From an uncultured Maribacter sp. (lineage in GTDB: Bacteria > Bacteroidota > Bacteroidia > Flavobacteriales > Flavobacteriaceae), in assembly GCF_963977385.1 (NCBI RefSeq), contig NZ_CAXBOU010000008.1, forward strand, positions 108,619 to 172,618: a stretch of DNA of 64,000 bases, in the 5' to 3' direction. The position numbers and the translations under genes were made by a program. The notes beneath the pieces were generated by a model. It was not told the DNA's origin, did no database searches, and saw nothing but the letters and a program-made list of their open reading frames with translations. This document shows, in pieces, positions 63,451 to 64,000 of this stretch; within the stretch, counting starts at the first letter, position 1; each line of letters opens with the position of its first letter.

Positions 63451-64000
63451 TCAGTTCATTGTAACCGACGTAGAATCTATTACCTGTTCGGTACTAGTTT
63501 CTTGTACAGGAGTTGCAGGTATAGGTGCATTGGGGTCTACCCAAATATCACCTTCAGCAGCTTTAGGGTTCGCAGCAGTAGTACCTTCAAAAGTTAATAC
63601 ATAACTCGCAACCTGTGCAATTTCTAAAGGTTTTAAACTTTGTTTCCACGCAATCATACCTTTACCATCACGACCACCTTCAGAAATAGTATGGAAAACA
63701 TTCTTGATGCCACCACCTAAAATCCAATTTTGGTCGGTTAAATTAGGTCCGATACCACCACCGCCATCGGCCATATGGCAAGCAACACAATTAGATTCGA
63801 AAATTGTTTTACCAGCATTTAAATCAGAAGCGTCAGTTAAAAGCTCAACAGTGTTAGCATCAACAAGGCCTTTAGCGGTCTTTTTATATTCCTCAATTTC
63901 TAATTGTGCAGCAGCAACTTCTTGCTCATATTCTTGATCTTGAGTGTAATCGTTAAAGATGTGAAAACGCACTAAGTAGACTACTGCAAAAACTACAGAG
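63451..64000 (-). CDS. ccoP: cbb3-type cytochrome c oxidase subunit III-like c-type cytochrome (partial; 5' end outside window)
   Basis: The reading frame stays open to the window edge (…SVVFAVVYLVRFHIFNDY…), so the ORF-track Met is not the true start. Contains CVACH and GGxxMIAWK-type motifs. Confidence 0.7.
   Translation of the reverse strand, partial: SVVFAVVYLVRFHIFNDYTQDQEYEQEVAAAQLEIEEYKKTAKGLVDANTVELLTDASDLNAGKTIFESNCVACHMADGGGGIGPNLTDQNWILGGGIKNVFHTISEGGRDGKGMIAWKQSLKPLEIAQVASYVLTFEGTTAANPKAAEGDIWVDPNAPIPATPVQETSTEQVIDSTSVTMN

Overview
AT-rich chromosomal segment, roughly mid-30s % GC by eye, with Bacteroidetes/Flavobacteriia hallmarks: TAnnTTTG-type -7 promoter boxes, a Y_Y_Y/LytS sensor with a LytTR regulator, a BatA/MoxR/DUF58 cluster, a TonB-dependent receptor and cbb3 oxidase accessory genes. 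I call about 60 protein-coding genes and two genes broken by in-frame stops. I see no rRNA, tRNA, CRISPR array, transposase or integrase.

Layout:
- 0-7.6 kb: two-component pair, SDR, upp, P-type ATPase, atypical sigma-like protein.
- 7.8-16.6 kb: VIT/vWA protein and three secreted unknowns next to a Y_Y_Y histidine kinase and LytTR regulator. Two promoters in this block share a conserved direct-repeat module with 21-bp periodicity.
- 17-28 kb: Tat-exported TldD/PmbA pair, then a DUF4159-MoxR-DUF58-BatA-type cluster.
- 28-57.4 kb: dense set of sulfur, low-oxygen and oxidative-stress genes. These are YeeE/YedE, an RND efflux operon, two SQR-like genes, cydAB, dps, DsrE, a TsdA-like dihaem cytochrome, peroxiredoxin, rhodanese, two persulfide-dioxygenase/rhodanese fusions, TauE and a Crp/Fnr regulator.
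- 58-64 kb: hemN, usp and ccoG/fixH/ccoP.

Main finding: a 16-bp CRP/FNR-type palindrome (TGTAAC-N4-GTTACA and TGTGAC/TATGAC variants) occurs about 15 times in intergenic regions between 35.5 and 58 kb. It almost always sits exactly 20-21 nt upstream of a -7 promoter box, which is class II activator geometry. This defines a candidate regulon for the locally encoded Crp/Fnr protein.

Other observations: a structured intergenic repeat family (3 copies plus a possible relative), two nonsense-interrupted genes, unannotated small ORFs, and several strong terminators. All homology calls are from motif recognition by eye. No database search was run.
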